Below are positions 24,740 to 39,040 of a stretch of 64,000 bases of DNA, one piece after another. Source of the DNA: Mizuhopecten yessoensis. Taxonomy: Eukaryota. Under the pieces are notes generated by a model. The model was not told the DNA's origin and did no database searches. It saw nothing but the letters and a program-made list of their open reading frames with translations. The first letter of the stretch is position 1; every line of letters starts with the position of its first letter. The DNA lies in NCBI RefSeq assembly GCF_002113885.1, contig NW_018408747.1, positions 59,655-123,654 on the forward strand. Direction: 5' to 3'. The position numbers and the translations under genes are program-made.

Positions 24740-27700
24740 CACGTCCCAATTTAGAAAAATTCATGTTGGAACAAATTGTATTTTTACAATACACATATGA
24801 CATTTTGCTCCTCACATTATATATCCTGGACTATGTACATATTGTCCTGCATGTATGCATATCTACAGTCTGCTGAGGCAGTCTGCCCCCACGTTGTCCT
24901 TGCCTCTGATGGCACAAATCGTAAAACGATATGGCTGTATCTGCAATGCCCATCGCATCAGTCTAGCGTTGTTGCCCTTCATCTTGTTGAGATAGATGAA
25001 CGGCTGATGATCAGTTTCTAGGATAAACTGCCTTCCATAAATGTACTTCTGGAATTTAGTGATTCCCCATACAACAGCTAAACATTCCTACTCGACCACA
25101 GCATAGGATTTCTCAGCATCTTTCAGCTTTTGGCTAGCATAGGCAACGGGAAATAGACTGTCAACAGCTTCCTGTAGAAGAACGGCCCCAAGACCGTAGT
25201 CTGACGCATAAGTCTGTAGTACAAACTCCTTCTCAATATCAGGTAGTTTCAGTATTGGACTGGATGATAACATTTTCTTTAAAGTTTGGAACGCTCTTTC
25301 TTGAGGTTCCAACCACTTAACTCGATTAGGTTGTCCTTTTCTAGTGAGATCAGTTAATGGCACTGATATCGAAGCAAAGTCCGGTATGAACTTCCTGTAG
25401 AAGCCTGCCATTCCCATAAATGATCGCACTTGCTTCTTCATCTCTGGTGTCTGAACATCCAGAATAGCTTTGATCTTGTCAGGATTTGGTGCAAGACGCT
25501 GGTCACCGACGATATGACCAAGACTTTCCAGACTTCCATACCCTATGGCACACTTTGTAGGTCTGGCTGTAAGACCTGCACTTCGAAGCCTCTGGAATAG
25601 CGTCTTCAAGATGAACAAATGTTCTTCCAACGTCCTGGTGTACACAAGAATATTATCTATAAAGCTCTCGATCCCAGTCATGTCTTTCAGAAGTTTCCTC
25701 ATCATACGACAAAATGTTGCTGGCACATTCACAAGTCCAAAAGGCATCACAGAAAATTCGAACAATCCTTTAGTGGTTGAAAAAGCTGTCTTTTGTTGAG
25801 CTGTCTTCGCCATAGGCACTTGCCAATAGCCTTAACTTAGATCCAATCGAGAGAAGTATCGATACCTGATAGGCGTGCAAATATCTCATCCGCATTCGGC
25901 ATTGGCTCTGCATCGAAGATGGTAACTCGATTCAGCTGTCGATAGTCAATACAAAACCTATTACTGCCATCTTTCTTTTTGACAATTACAACTGGAGCAG
26001 AGTAAGGTGACTCGGACGGCGTTATCACACCCACTTCCCCACTTCATCTTGGATTGTCGCCTTCATACTGTAGGGTATACTATGACTCTTAGCCCTGACT
26101 GGTTCATCTGTCAAAGAAGTTATGTCGAGTTCTCCAAGGTTGGTTTTTCCCGGAACATTTGTAAGGACGTCTTCAAATTCCTCTTACAATTCCTTGACAT
26201 CTGTCTTCTGTTCCACAGCGAGTAATTCTGATACCAGTACATCTTCAGTAGTTTCAGATCTTATTGGTCCTGGCGAGGTAACAATCGCGTCCTCGAGAAT
26301 CTCTTCGTTCTCATTGCTGTCTTCCTCCTCAATGACTGCAGCACAAGTGACTGACAGAACACCTGGATCATTTCTGACGACACAGTTACCATCCCTGTCA
26401 ACATATAGTCGCAATAGGTTTGCGTGGTAAGTCTTAGACTTTCCGTCGACTACAACTTTGTAGTCCATAGACCCCTTTCTCTCCTCAATTACATATGGTC
26501 CTATCCACTGCATTAACAACTTGTTCCTTTTTGTTGGCAGAAGCACCTTTCTGTCTTTCGCCTTCTTGTTATAGTACATTGCTTGACGAGTTCTGGCTGA
26601 CTTCAATTGCTGCTGAGCCATCTTGCATGTCTCTTCCAAACGCTCTTTCAGATCAATACCATATTGATAAGCGGTCTTTGTATCAGGATCAGGAATATCC
26701 TTGGTCAATAGTTCCCTGAGAATCATCATTGGGCCTCTAACCTATCGTCCGTATAACAACTCAAACGGAGAAATTCCAAGGCTCTCCTGCGTCACTTCAC
26801 GATAAGTAAACAACAAATCGTTGATATACTTGTCCCAATCACGAGGTCTTTTGGAACACATCCTACGAAGCATTTGCTTGAGAGTGCCATTAAATCGTTC
26901 AACAAGTCCATTGCACATCGGATGGTACGGCGTTGTAGTTAACTGACGAATAGACAACAAACGGCTGACTTCTCGCATCAAATCGGAAGTGAATTGTGAG
27001 CCCTTATCTGTCAGCACTTCTTGAGGAATTTCAACACGACTGTAGACATCAACTAAGGCCTCTGCAACTCGTTCAGTTTCAATGCTCTTCAATGGAACTG
27101 CTTCAGGATATCGCGTCGCATAATCGACTATGGTGAGTATGTAACGGTAACCTCTTTCAGTTACAGGATCCAATGGTCCAACTATGTCAATGGCTACACG
27201 TTGGAACGGAGTGTCCGTTGGCTAACACACATGTCTCCATTTCACTAGTAAGATACTCGTCTCCTACCAGGCATGTCTTGACAAAAGAACGCTCACAACC
27301 AGAGTCCCTCAAAACCGACACCGGATAAATACCAAAAAATCCCTGCACAACAGGCATTTCCGTATTGCATACTTGTCTTCGGCGTTTATTTTCCCCTTTT
27401 GATGACACACAGTTTGCCTGATTCTTTTTGTTTGTCTTCTGTGGACATCTGAAAGAAAGATGATCAGTTTTCTGGCAAATGTAACAATGTTTCACCAACC
27501 CTGTATTACTTTGTTTGTCCCTCGGTCCCGTCTCAGCAGAAGTCTTACCGAGTGTCCCTGAGGTTGACCACCACTGGATGATGACTTATGCCCTCCATAC
27601 CTTGGCCTTGCTAAACTGAATGCATCACCTCTTGCTTCAGCGTACTGATCAGCAAGTTTGGACATCTCTCCTATAGACTTTGGAATCCTCTCCTTCAGAA

Positions 27701-28696
27701 ACAAAGTAAGGTCGTTTCCACAAGCACGAATACATTGATCCCGAATCATCAAATCCTTGAGACCTGCAAAGGTTTTCTCAGTTCCCGCCATCTCTAGCCA
27801 TCGCTGGAAGTAACTCTCTAATCGGAAAGCAAATTGGCTAAAGGTTTCGCCTTTTTCCGGTCTTCCGTCTAGAAAACGCTTCCGGAAACCTTGCTCGGTC
27901 ATCTCGATCTCTTAAGGAGAGCACCCTTAAGTACATCGTAATCCATACTCTGGTCAAGAGGAAGTCTTGAAAATACATCTAAGGCTCTTCCTTTTAGAAG
28001 AACACTAAGGTTGGTTGCCCACTCTCTGTTCCTGTCCCAACCTTGCGTTGTCGCGTACCGCTCAAATCTTTGCAAATATGAGTCTATATTGTCCTTCCTT
28101 CCTCAAAAGAAGAAAGTTTAGGCCCCTTAACCACATGTGATGAATGAGGAGTTACTTGTGGTGATCCATCTCCTTGTTTGTTCTTCCTTTCTAGAAGCTG
28201 CATCTCTGTCGCTCATGCTCTCGTATAGCTCTGGCTTCTCTTTCCTTTTCTAAATCTGCCTGCATCTTCAACATGTTCAGCTCATGTTCCATTTCACCTT
28301 GGGCCTTTATCAAGTCTCTCTGCTTCTCTCTCTCATCACGTTCCCTGGCTTGCTCGTTGAGAATATAATCCTGAAGTTCTTTTCCTGACAATTCTAGTTC
28401 CCCTCCACGATCCTTCATTTCTCGAATGGAAGACATGATGAAACAATAGTGTAATATACAACGTACCACTATCCAGCGACTCAAATAGCAAACGTATGAT
28501 CATCTAATAATCAATATCTAAAACAAAATTTTAATTTGGAAATTTAAAGGACACTTACCTTTATAACAGCAGTATCCATGTGAACTAACACCTAGTCTAG
28601 TCTTTATATAGCTGAAAGAAAAACTAAAAAAAAGGACTCTCACAGATTCCCTCTCAGAGTATACAACACAAATCCTCATACAACTACAAACAAAAT

Positions 28697-28712
28697 AATC
28701 CCACCGCTGCCA
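28697..28712 (-). other. Primer-binding site complementary to the tRNA-Leu 3' end
   Basis: TGGCAGCGGTGGGATT immediately inside the 5' LTR; complement of ...AATCCCACCGCTGCCA, the 3' end of metazoan tRNA-Leu(AAG/TAG). Confidence 0.8.
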
Positions 28713-30050
28713 ATTCATTTGCAATTGACAACAAAAGAGGATCTACAAATATACATTTATTTACAATATACAGTATCTATACAAGCATACTCTTTCACAC
28801 TCACTAATAACTCTCATACAATTCTACATTGGACATATATATTATGATTTACTTACATCTATAAATAGATAAATATATATATTATATTACACCTAAATCC
28901 CTAAATCTATAATATAATGAATAGTCGTTGTAGCTTCCCACACGAACAGATCACAAAGTTCCGTTAATGTTAATTTCAATCCCATCTTCTGGCAAACACA
29001 ATCAGTAGCCAAACACTCTTGGAATGTCCTCCTGGTCAACTGGCAGATGACATCTATGGCTGAACTGTATCTCAGCTGCTGAAGTCACAGTTGCTGTGTC
29101 GGAGTTCAACTCCACTCAACTATTACCGGGCCTCCATACCACAGTATGTCACATCATGCTCCCAGCCTCCATAATAGAGTATTATGTCTCCATAACTAGG
29201 GAAAATATCATCACGGTCCATCTCTGGATAATCATATCCATATGTATAAGTCAGTTCATAAAACTGCTGTCTCAGTGCATCGTAGGTGGAAAACATGGAC
29301 AATAACACCGTCGGCCATTACGGGTTTCCATACTTTTGTCCTCAGACAAAACTGACAGGTCTCTCACTGGGAAATAAGCTACAAAATATGAATAACACTA
29401 GTAACTACATAATTGTCCACTATCATGTTACATATCTATAATATACGCTTTAAACATATTACTTATACAACATTTTGCAACATGCGTAAACACACCACGT
29501 CGCTCACTCATCTATGCTCAATCGTATATAGTAATGACCAGACTAACATTGATATATTATTGCATTTGTATAATGCCATTGTGACTTTGTTTATTACAAA
29601 TAAATAAGCCCCAATGATCCTTATTCAATATCTAAACAACTACCACACAAACCCATTCGCTCTCACTGCACTCCGTACAATTTCGCACCTGTTTACTATT
29701 TGAGAAATACCGTTTATTACACGGTCACACATACACAGAATCAACAATATAACTCAGGAGATACACACAGATCTATCGATGATTAAAATATAACTTACCG
29801 TGAGCTGTATTTCACGCTAACTCCCGAATACTTCACAATAACAGAAGCAGTAATGAAAACAATGGTCACGCCATTACACCTGCCTTTCACACCTGTCCAA
29901 ACAACTCTGCGCGTGCCCAGGTAAGTATAAAGTTGGCGCGCTTTTCTTTACCCGCGACATACAAATACCAATAACCTACCTTTCCTATTTAATTCTCACT
30001 CATACTTACCGCATGGAATATAAAGTAACCTCAAATGTCGATATGTGACA
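28713..30050 (-). repeat. 5' LTR
   Basis: Direct repeat of 23468-24739; lacks the last ~23 nt present in the other LTR. Confidence 0.92.
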
Positions 30051-31491
30051 CTTAGACTCCCTGAGCGCTAACGGCTTGGCCAAAAAGAGTGATTATTACT
30101 CGTTACCAATTTGTTGTAAACAAACTAAAGTTTAATTAAAGATTATTCTGATACCTACTCACTCACCTACTTATTCACAAAAAAAGCTTTAAAACAAACA
30201 CCAGCAATTGTGTGTATGGCCAAGTTGTACGTTTGATACTTTATTATGACAGATACAAACTGAACTGTAATACAAATCATCTTCATCATCCCATCTCCCT
30301 TATATTTGCGAAATTTTCACGAAATAGTATCAATACTCTTTGTGATAGTTTGTTTATTTCCAAGCGAAGAAAGGCTGCAAGTTACTTTTATTTTTTTTGT
30401 TCAAAGCTGTAATATCAAATAAAAAGAGGCATAAATTTCGCCTTTCCGCGATAGGAAACGAAATAATCTGTAAGGCCTCGGGTTCGATAATCAAAAAATG
30501 ATCACACATATGTCGCCTTCTACGATATCATGCTATGGCATAAAGCAGGCCTATTTTCCCCCATAGTTACAAGACTGGATATCTTCGCCACACCTTCAAG
30601 GAAGTTTAGATAATATTAATCTAAATGAGAAGGCAAAGGATCGGAGAAGTATCTTATTTTCCATCTGAATAGCCCGTTTTCATTTCGCTTATTAAAAATG
30701 GAAAAATAGAACACTTGAACTATAAAAATGGTATATTGTGTTGAAAAATGATGGCATAATTCCATGAGTGTTCATTGAAAAAATTGTATTTTTTTTTCAT
30801 TTAAAAATATGCATATATTTCACACTTCTTACTTACCATAACAGATAGTGTTTAAGATTATTAATGTTAGATTGTGGATAACGTTAAAAAGTAGGTTATC
30901 AAAGAAACTATACTTATGCCGAGTTCAATTGCCGTTAGATTATATAGTGAATACAATTTTAAATTACTGAAGCTGATATTTGTCAATTCAATACTGCAAG
31001 CGAGGTGAAATTTAAAACCCCGCTCTCTGCCCTTTTTATTTCTTTAATTGCATGCATGAAATTTACAACAGCGTAATTCAAAGGGGGAAGCTCAACTTGT
31101 CAATAATATTTCTAACATTTCAAATGGGAAAACACTTGTTTCGTTACAAATATGTTCAATAGTGTTACTAAGATAACTACATAATTAAAAACAAATGTTT
31201 TATTACAAAAGGATTTTACATCGTGAAACAATACCAAAGGGTTATAAAACCAAGCATTAAGCTATAATTAGATGCCACTATACACCAATAAAAGTAATGG
31301 GGCTATGCGTCATCTAGAACATGCTAACTACCCACACCTGATTACGTGTACAGGTAGTTACAATTAAGTGAAGTCTGACTTTAAACATTTAAAGATAGAT
31401 AATTTATTCTAGCAAGTGTACAATACAAGTTTTTACGTTGTACAACTGTTCCGCACGATCTGACCAGACCAATTCAATGACCTTGCATGTG

Positions 31492-31519
31492 CAGACTTCC
31501 GTCTAATTTTGTATAAATA
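31492..31519 (+). promoter_or_regulatory. Gene C core promoter: CAGACTTCCGT + 9 nt + TATAAATA
   Basis: Same module as genes A and B; donor at 31588. Confidence 0.75.
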
Positions 31520-32219
31520 AAGACCCTAATCTATCTTCCTCTGCACCACTTCTCCAGTCCTCCACCAGTATCTTCTAGCCAAGTCCGGTAAGTTTCATAT
31601 TAAGAACACATTAAATTGATTATGTTATTTTTTTTATACATAAGACCTAATTATCATAAAAAAATATTGTAATCATAATTTATNTAGCCAAGTCCGGTAA
31701 GTTTTATATTAAGAACACATTAAATTGATTATGTTATTTTTTTTTTATACATAAGACCTAATTATCATAAAAAAATATTGTAATTATAATTTAATGAATT
31801 CATTTAAGTTCATTGTGGAATATCTTGATAATCATTAAAAGAAGTATTGCTTGCATTGGTTTATATTCATACATTGCTTCATTGTCACTATACAATTTGT
31901 TTTTGAGATATAACAAGAAGCTTTCCGAACAGAAAATTAATATATAAGGTATTCTTTAGATGTGTTTAACTGTTGATATCTAAATAAAATTGGATTCGGT
32001 ATATAAACTTAGTATCTAAGGGTAGGCAGAAAAATGGAATAGAAATTATTTTTCGGAACACTTAATCTTTAACTAAACGATTGTATATGAAATTAGATGA
32101 TTTGATTAGCTAAACCTTGTTAGTTCAAATCATTGTCGGAACAAAAGACACAAGAAACATGCTCATCTTGTTAATAGTTTAACTTTTCGATTTATAGGTA
32201 TTCCTTTCAGAACGCAAAA

Positions 32220-33928
32220 ATGAACACCTATATATGTATGTGTTTGGCGTCATGCCTCTTGGTCGCTGTAAGCGCTGCAGGTAAGAATCATTTTACAAAA
32301 TGATCATTTTTTGATATTATGTATGAAATATAATAAAAGCTGAATTTTGAAATAAAAAAATAAATTAAAGTATAAACTAGTAGACTTCCAACAGATTAAG
32401 ATAGTAATACATTTATTTATATTGATTCTGTAATCATGAATTATCAATATGATTTTACAAATTTTAATGTATTTAAAAAAGCTTTGTACTTTTTGAAAAT
32501 TTAGAAAAGCAAAATGAAATAATAGTGTAAAACAGGAGACTTCCAAAAATTTAAAAATATCAATACCTTTATTTACATTGATTCTATAATAATGCATTAT
32601 CAATATAACATTCCATAATTAAAATAGCTTTGTAAGTTCAGTTTGAAGCTTTCGTAATCATCATTTTATGGTATGACTTGACAATCTTTGGAATGGCGCA
32701 TATCAATAATGAACAATAAATGATTTCATTAAGGTATATTTACATTAATCAAATGCTAATGCGATATACGCAATATCTATTACTGCCAGGATATGGAAAT
32801 GGATTCGGAAACGGAAATGGTAACGGAAATGGCGGCGGAAATGGATACGGCAATGGCGCCGGAAAAGGATACGGCAATGGCGCTGGAAACGGTTACGGCA
32901 ATGGCGCCGGAAACGGCTACGGCAATGGCGCCGGAAACGGATACGGCAATGGCGCCAGTAACGGCGGTGGACGTAAGTTTTTATTTAATGAATTATCATA
33001 TAAAACAAAGAGAAAGTAATTCTGATAACTGATTTCAAGATTTATCAAACAAACAACCAATATCTTTTCATGATAAGGTTTTGTTGATAATCTGTTGGAA
33101 TATACACTGGCTGGTGGGGCAGCCTATACACAAAGTAATACAATTTGCTGTTATAAAAACACATGTTGAAATATCTATGTTTAAAATTTTTGAAAACAAA
33201 TCGTTTATTGTGTACTTTTTATTTCAGGTTACAGGAGAGCTGGTAAGTTTTTAACGTTTTTCATGCCTGATATTTTCAATTGGAGGTAGTTAAATATGAA
33301 GAGATATGTGATGAAAATTAGATTTTATAAAATAAAATGCGGAATAATCATTTTTATAACAGGAATATCATATAATAAAAGTGATGTTATCCGACATAAT
33401 GGTTTTTTTCTAAGGTTACGGAGGTGGTGCCGGCTCTATGGGCGGAAGTTTCGGTGGCTCCGGAATGGGAGGCAACGGTGGATTCGGAGGAATGAATGGA
33501 GGCGGATATGGAGGTATGAACGGAGGTGGATCTGGAGGAATGGGCGGTGGAATGGGAGGCAAAGGTGGATTCGGAGGAATGAATGGAGGCGGATTCGGAG
33601 GTATGAATGGAGGCGGTTCCGGAGGAATGGGCGGTGGAATGGGAGGCAAAGGTGGATTCGGAGGAATGAATGGAGGCGGATTCGGAAGTATGAATGGAGG
33701 TGGATCCGGAGGAATGGGCGGTGGAATGGGAGGCCAAAGTGGATTCGGAGGAATGGGCGGTGGAATGGGAGGAGGAAAAGGTAATAATAAACATGTTTGA
33801 TACATCTAAAAGGAGGAAAAAATCAGATACATGTATATCGCTTTTAAAATATTAATAAATTAACCGTATCATGTGCATTGTATTGATTTTTAACCGAACA
33901 TCCTTTTTTTTCACTTTCAGGTTATTAG
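32220..33928 (+). CDS. Abductin-family two-domain precursor (gene C, 210 aa)
   Basis: Exons 32220-32280, 32790-32972, 33228-33242 (RYRRA micro-exon), 33415-33780 and 33921-33928. All introns GT-AG, phase 1; 633 nt open frame; ends GGKGY*. Confidence 0.88.
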
Positions 33929-36900
33929 AGGACTTGCCTGTTCGTTAAATCTTTCAGTTTATAATAAAATGGATTTAAAATAAAATAGTTGGAGAAAAAA
34001 CATTTGTTGCTTGTATATGTTAATGTCAATTTAAAATGGTTAGGTTCCTATTGCTATTTGATAACTTAACAAATGGTGAAAGACAGAACAAACTTGTAAA
34101 TACCATAACAATCAGATGCTTGTTAAAGTGATGTGTTAATATTTAACAGCATCATAAACATTGAAATTAATTTGTCAATTGATTCAAACTCATATTGATG
34201 TTTGTATCAACATATCGAAACTGAATTAATTCGCACTTTCCTACAAAAAAACTTAACTTTATGTGTATTTTTGTAATTGCCATTATGTTGAAATATGGAT
34301 GCAATTAAAAAAAACTGTTTTAACTTCAATTGATATTAATTTATAATAATAATAATGATAATAATTTGAGGTTCTTATATACCGCTTTATTAAAATAAAA
34401 CAAGAAATATGAAGAACGAAGCATTCCTTAAAAATAATATATTGATGCAGGAAGTGAAAGAAGTAAAATTTTACTGTACACAATGAATATTTCATGAATA
34501 TAGGACTCATCAGTGGGGCTAAAGGTCAAACGAATACATATATAAATCTAAGGTGCGCCAACAATTATGTCCCAACCACATTGTGTCATGAAATAATTAC
34601 AAGAAACGATTAAGGATCAGATTATACATACAGTCAGAATAACGTTCTACAGCCATGAAGCAACACTTCTTGTTGGCGTCAATTATTGACCTAAGGTAGA
34701 CAGTGGGTACGTTATAGAAGGTACCATCACTTGTGTGTCTGTTACCTTCCTATTTCAAGATACAAGATGGTAGACTCTGCTGGTGGATTGCATGGTTCCT
34801 TCGGATCACCGTAACCTTGCTTCCATCGACCTCTCATGTCTCAGATATTCCATATCTACACTCATACCGTGTTAATGAAACACCAAATTAAATAAGATGA
34901 CAATTGCCTATAGTGCATTTGTCTATTGTTGATTTTGTTGCATTGTAATTAACTTTTGGCATAATGTACATATTACCAAATGTTAAAGAAGCAATCACTT
35001 GTGTGTACAAATTGTAATGTTCTCCTCGCTTCCTTTTCCTATATCATAGACAAATGTGATAACAGTTTTGATAATCAGTCGTTTCAATTAGAGACATATT
35101 TTTAAATGGCAAATACAAACACCTGTGTAGCTAACACTGTCAAGTACTTGTAATAGTAAGGAACCTGTATCTGTAAGTGTCTTGTGGTTATTTGACGTCT
35201 TTGAAAGCACCTTCCAAGAAAAAAGTAACAAAAGTAGTTCAACGAACTATAAAGTATTCATATTTAGACATAATGATGTACAAATGATACTATGGTCGTA
35301 TATAATATTATATAATAATGCCATTACAAATGTAAACGGCTTTTATTTCTTTGCTAGGAAACAGATATTAACAATCACGTGATAAAACATCGTGTCTACA
35401 TTTGTGCCGTTGTGTTATTTCTCTATTCAGGAAATCTTAATGATGATTGAAATCAACAAGATCGCGGCGTTATTGTAAAATGTCTGGTAAATATTGTCTA
35501 TGTTCATTTAACTTTCTGCTCGCTCAGTGCTGTTCCTGGGAAAAGGTAAATTTCCAACTTTTGAGTGGAAATTGAAAGTAAAATATAATGGAATGGGTAG
35601 ATATTTGTCAATATCACTCATGTATCTAGAAAACCCTGATACTTCAAAATGTTCTGTTAAAGGAATAACATATAAAGTCGATACTTCTCAAAGAAATAGT
35701 ACAAAACGGTATTAACTACTTTCCAAACCATTGTTGTTGTTTGTTTTTGACTGTATGTGTTCATTGTTTCCCTCTACAATTTAAAACCAACACACTACTG
35801 TAGCTTTACATGTTTATATCTGTTGACACCTTTCCAGTAATTACTACATCACCACAAAATTATATTTCTTACAAACATGGTCGTTACGTTTTCATCTCTC
35901 AAAATAATAGTAGATATAACAGGTATATTGAAGCTATATACTATAGACTTTTCTGTGTACTTGTGTGTCAGCTGTTCTGGTCTAGTATCTTGTTTCAGTG
36001 TGATAACGCCGTTATGTAAGTCTCTTGTTCATGTATAGAACACGTAATCTAAACAACCAAATGCTTTGTACAAATATGGCTTGGATTTATACACTGTTGA
36101 ACGGTTAACTTGCATTCCATATAGTTGGCAGGTAACACTGTAATATAGACTGAGCTTATAAAAAGTTGTGTCGGTGTAATGGTTAAAAATATATGTAAAT
36201 CTACGACATATAGGGCTACTACAGAAAAATAGCGACCATGTTGAACCCTTGAGCTATATTTTGATGTTTCTTTTACATTCTATGTTAAATGAGTTATTTT
36301 GTCCCCGAACTTACGTTGTATTCCTTATTCTGATATGGATAGCTAGAGATAAATTTCAAATATATGAGAGTCTTGAAAAACTTTTTTTTTTCGGCGTACT
36401 GTTGTCAAAGGCAAATGTTTGAATTTTCCCTACATTTTCTCCTCGACCGGCGTTAGTGTTTTGAGATTACTGATTATAACTATTCCTTTGATTTACCATT
36501 CTCTGTAAAACACTGGCCTTTATTCAAAACACATAACCATAACGAAATTTACGTTACTGCCATCTCTTGTCTTGAAAAATTCCTTCTCAGCCATTTTCTG
36601 TCTTTCCTAGGTGTCCAGGACTTCTTTCCAGATCATGATGTTACATCCATTATTTCTGTAAATAACCATCACCAACATAAACAAATATGCCATTATCTAT
36701 AAACAGACTAGACATATACTGCCATTTCCCTTCACTAACAAAAGTCTTTTGACCAAACTCAGTCTCAGAGAAGCGGCGATAACCTTCAATTCAACAGTTT
36801 TCATAAACCATTCATATAGTTTTGAATAAAATGATCCTCGTTTACTTTGTCAGTTTTACTGTTCCCCATAAACGCAAACAATTAATCATCTGGATTAGTA

Positions 36901-37805
36901 AAGCAATGACTATATAGTTGAATCGTAAAAGTAGAAGTTATTTTATGTTGTAAATACTGTGTGAATAGAAAAAGAAATAACTCATCAACACGTATGTAGT
37001 TAATATAATTCATCACGTGAGTTCTGTTGTCTTTGCAAGTGCTTACAAATACGGCATGTGATGAAAAGCACTTATCGTATCTAGCCGTTCAGTCCGTCGT
37101 TCTTCTAATAACTGGACTATTAAGGCTAAATTGGTGCGCGTTTTGAAGGGTTACTATTGGACAAACACGACTGAGTTTGACACATTTGTCCATTTATTTA
37201 TGCATACAACACATGGCCTCATTATGTCTTATTAGGTAAGTTTCGATATCTATCAAGTTTTAGCATGTGTGTGAGAAGGGGGCCTAACAAGGACCTAAAT
37301 TGATGGGCACAGTGTTCTAAAAGTTTGGGTTTATATTCATTTTGACAGTCGTTTTTCCTTGTTTGAATAAAGATATTTTCAGTATTAGTGATTCTCTAGA
37401 ATTAAGGAGATCATATTTTACTTCACTCTTGCCTCTTCCGTAATTAGTTTATGCATCCATACACTACAACGAATGGAAAAAAGGGTCACCCTCTATTGGG
37501 AATTGGCATCAGATTGACATAGGGTTTCCAAAGAAATAATAAACACAAAATGGAATGTGTATGGAAGGTTTAATTAAGAAAATGAAGATTAAAACAAGGA
37601 TATATATTTTCCTGCTTTGCTAGGTTAAATTATAATTAGTAATAAAATATGAATATATTTTGTTCAACCAATCGTTGTCTCTGAAACTTGGGACAGCTGA
37701 AAGAGACCTTATATATGCAAGATACACACACATGACCGTGCACCGTTCTCATTATAACACGAACCTATCTGTATTGGTCATATTGCTTTGTACTGGCCAT
37801 ACAAG

Positions 37806-38891
37806 ATGATGTCTCTGACAGAAACGACTGAGTATGACAACTTTGACCCAGAGTGCTACATGAAAACCCACGATTGGTCTACCTCTGAGGAAGAGGAAGA
37901 AAAGAGCATATTTCAATTCAATGTGGATTCTATGCATGATCTTTTTAATTCAGGTAATTGTGAGATAGGATTATAGGACTCTTTTATGCCCAGGGGTGTA
38001 TTGTAGGAAACTCCGCCCGAGGGTTTGTATCTTAACTTACGGATTTTGTCTTAAAGAGAGAAAATGCAAAGTATATCCAATTATATTTATAACTGAAATG
38101 CATCTATGATTAAAATGCAGGCTACAGATATTTAGTAATATAATATATAATATTTGAAATTTTAAAATGCAATAAAAAAAGACCAACAAAAATAAACGAG
38201 ATATTGGCGAAGCGTTATGACAAGCATTTCAAAAAAGATTTTCAAATTGGGGGAAAATCAGGCGTGCGACAACCTGCCAGAAGAACGAACAATCTAATGT
38301 ATATGAAATTGTAACTGATATAAATAGTTGCAAAATTACGCATCTAGAAACAAAATTTATTTATATTTCAGACATAATTGTTTTAGTTGCTGAACTTGTT
38401 ATTTGAACCCTTACGATAAAAGTATGTCTTCATTAAAATTATGTATTAATTTAAGGCATTAAATAGCAGACAGACAGGAAAGGAATAAAGCAAAAGTTTG
38501 CGGAGTTCTTCCTATCAACGTCAGATTAGGACAACCGTTAGGCAAGGGAGATCATCCTCATCAGTTCGACGTAATAACAACGTGTCTCTGTTTTGAATCA
38601 GCTGCACAGACGACAGACGCTTATCGTCAGGTTGTGCAAAATGCGACTTCGTTGTTGAAAGTTGGCGGTCATTTGGTGGTCATCAGTCTCTTTAACAACA
38701 CCCATTATGAAATTGGTCATTTCAAATTCATGTGTGTTTCATTGTCGCAAGAAGAGATAGAAAAACTATACAAAACATGTGGATTCCGCAAAATCAATAT
38801 CACTCGAAAGGCCATAGGTAATGACGAGAAATAGAAACCTAATACGTGCAAACGTGAAAGTTTTGCAATGCATGCTGTCAAGACAACATAG
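37806..38891 (+). pseudogene. NNMT/INMT-family methyltransferase pseudogene (unit 2)
   Basis: Exon 1 (37806-37953) is intact. A deletion at ~38033 removes most of exon 2 including the SAM-binding motif, leaving 38034-38070. Exon 3 from 38456 has in-frame TAA (38460) and TAG (38832). Confidence 0.9.
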
Positions 38892-39040
38892 ATTGTTCTT
38901 TGCTGGTAATAATGTATTGTAGTATATATACACCACGAGTGACAATACAATATTATAATTTCTCAGGGTATTTGATACGAGTAAAATAACACTGTTGTGA
39001 CTTCTCAATGAATTTAAAAGGAGTAGAAATACACCATTGT

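Larger units (their letters stand above)
23445..30050 (-). mobile_element. Ty3/gypsy LTR retrotransposon, Gmr1-like domain order (gag-PR-IN-RT-RH), degenerate
   Basis: Two ~1.3-kb LTRs with TG...CA outer ends; 5-bp TSD CTTTG/CTTAG (empty site cccacaCTTAGac at ~43194). Gag 28484-27492, CCHC knuckle, DSG protease, integrase core 27173-26742, RT 26034-25088 (YIDD degenerated to FIDN), RNase H to ~24870; many frameshifts. Confidence 0.93.
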
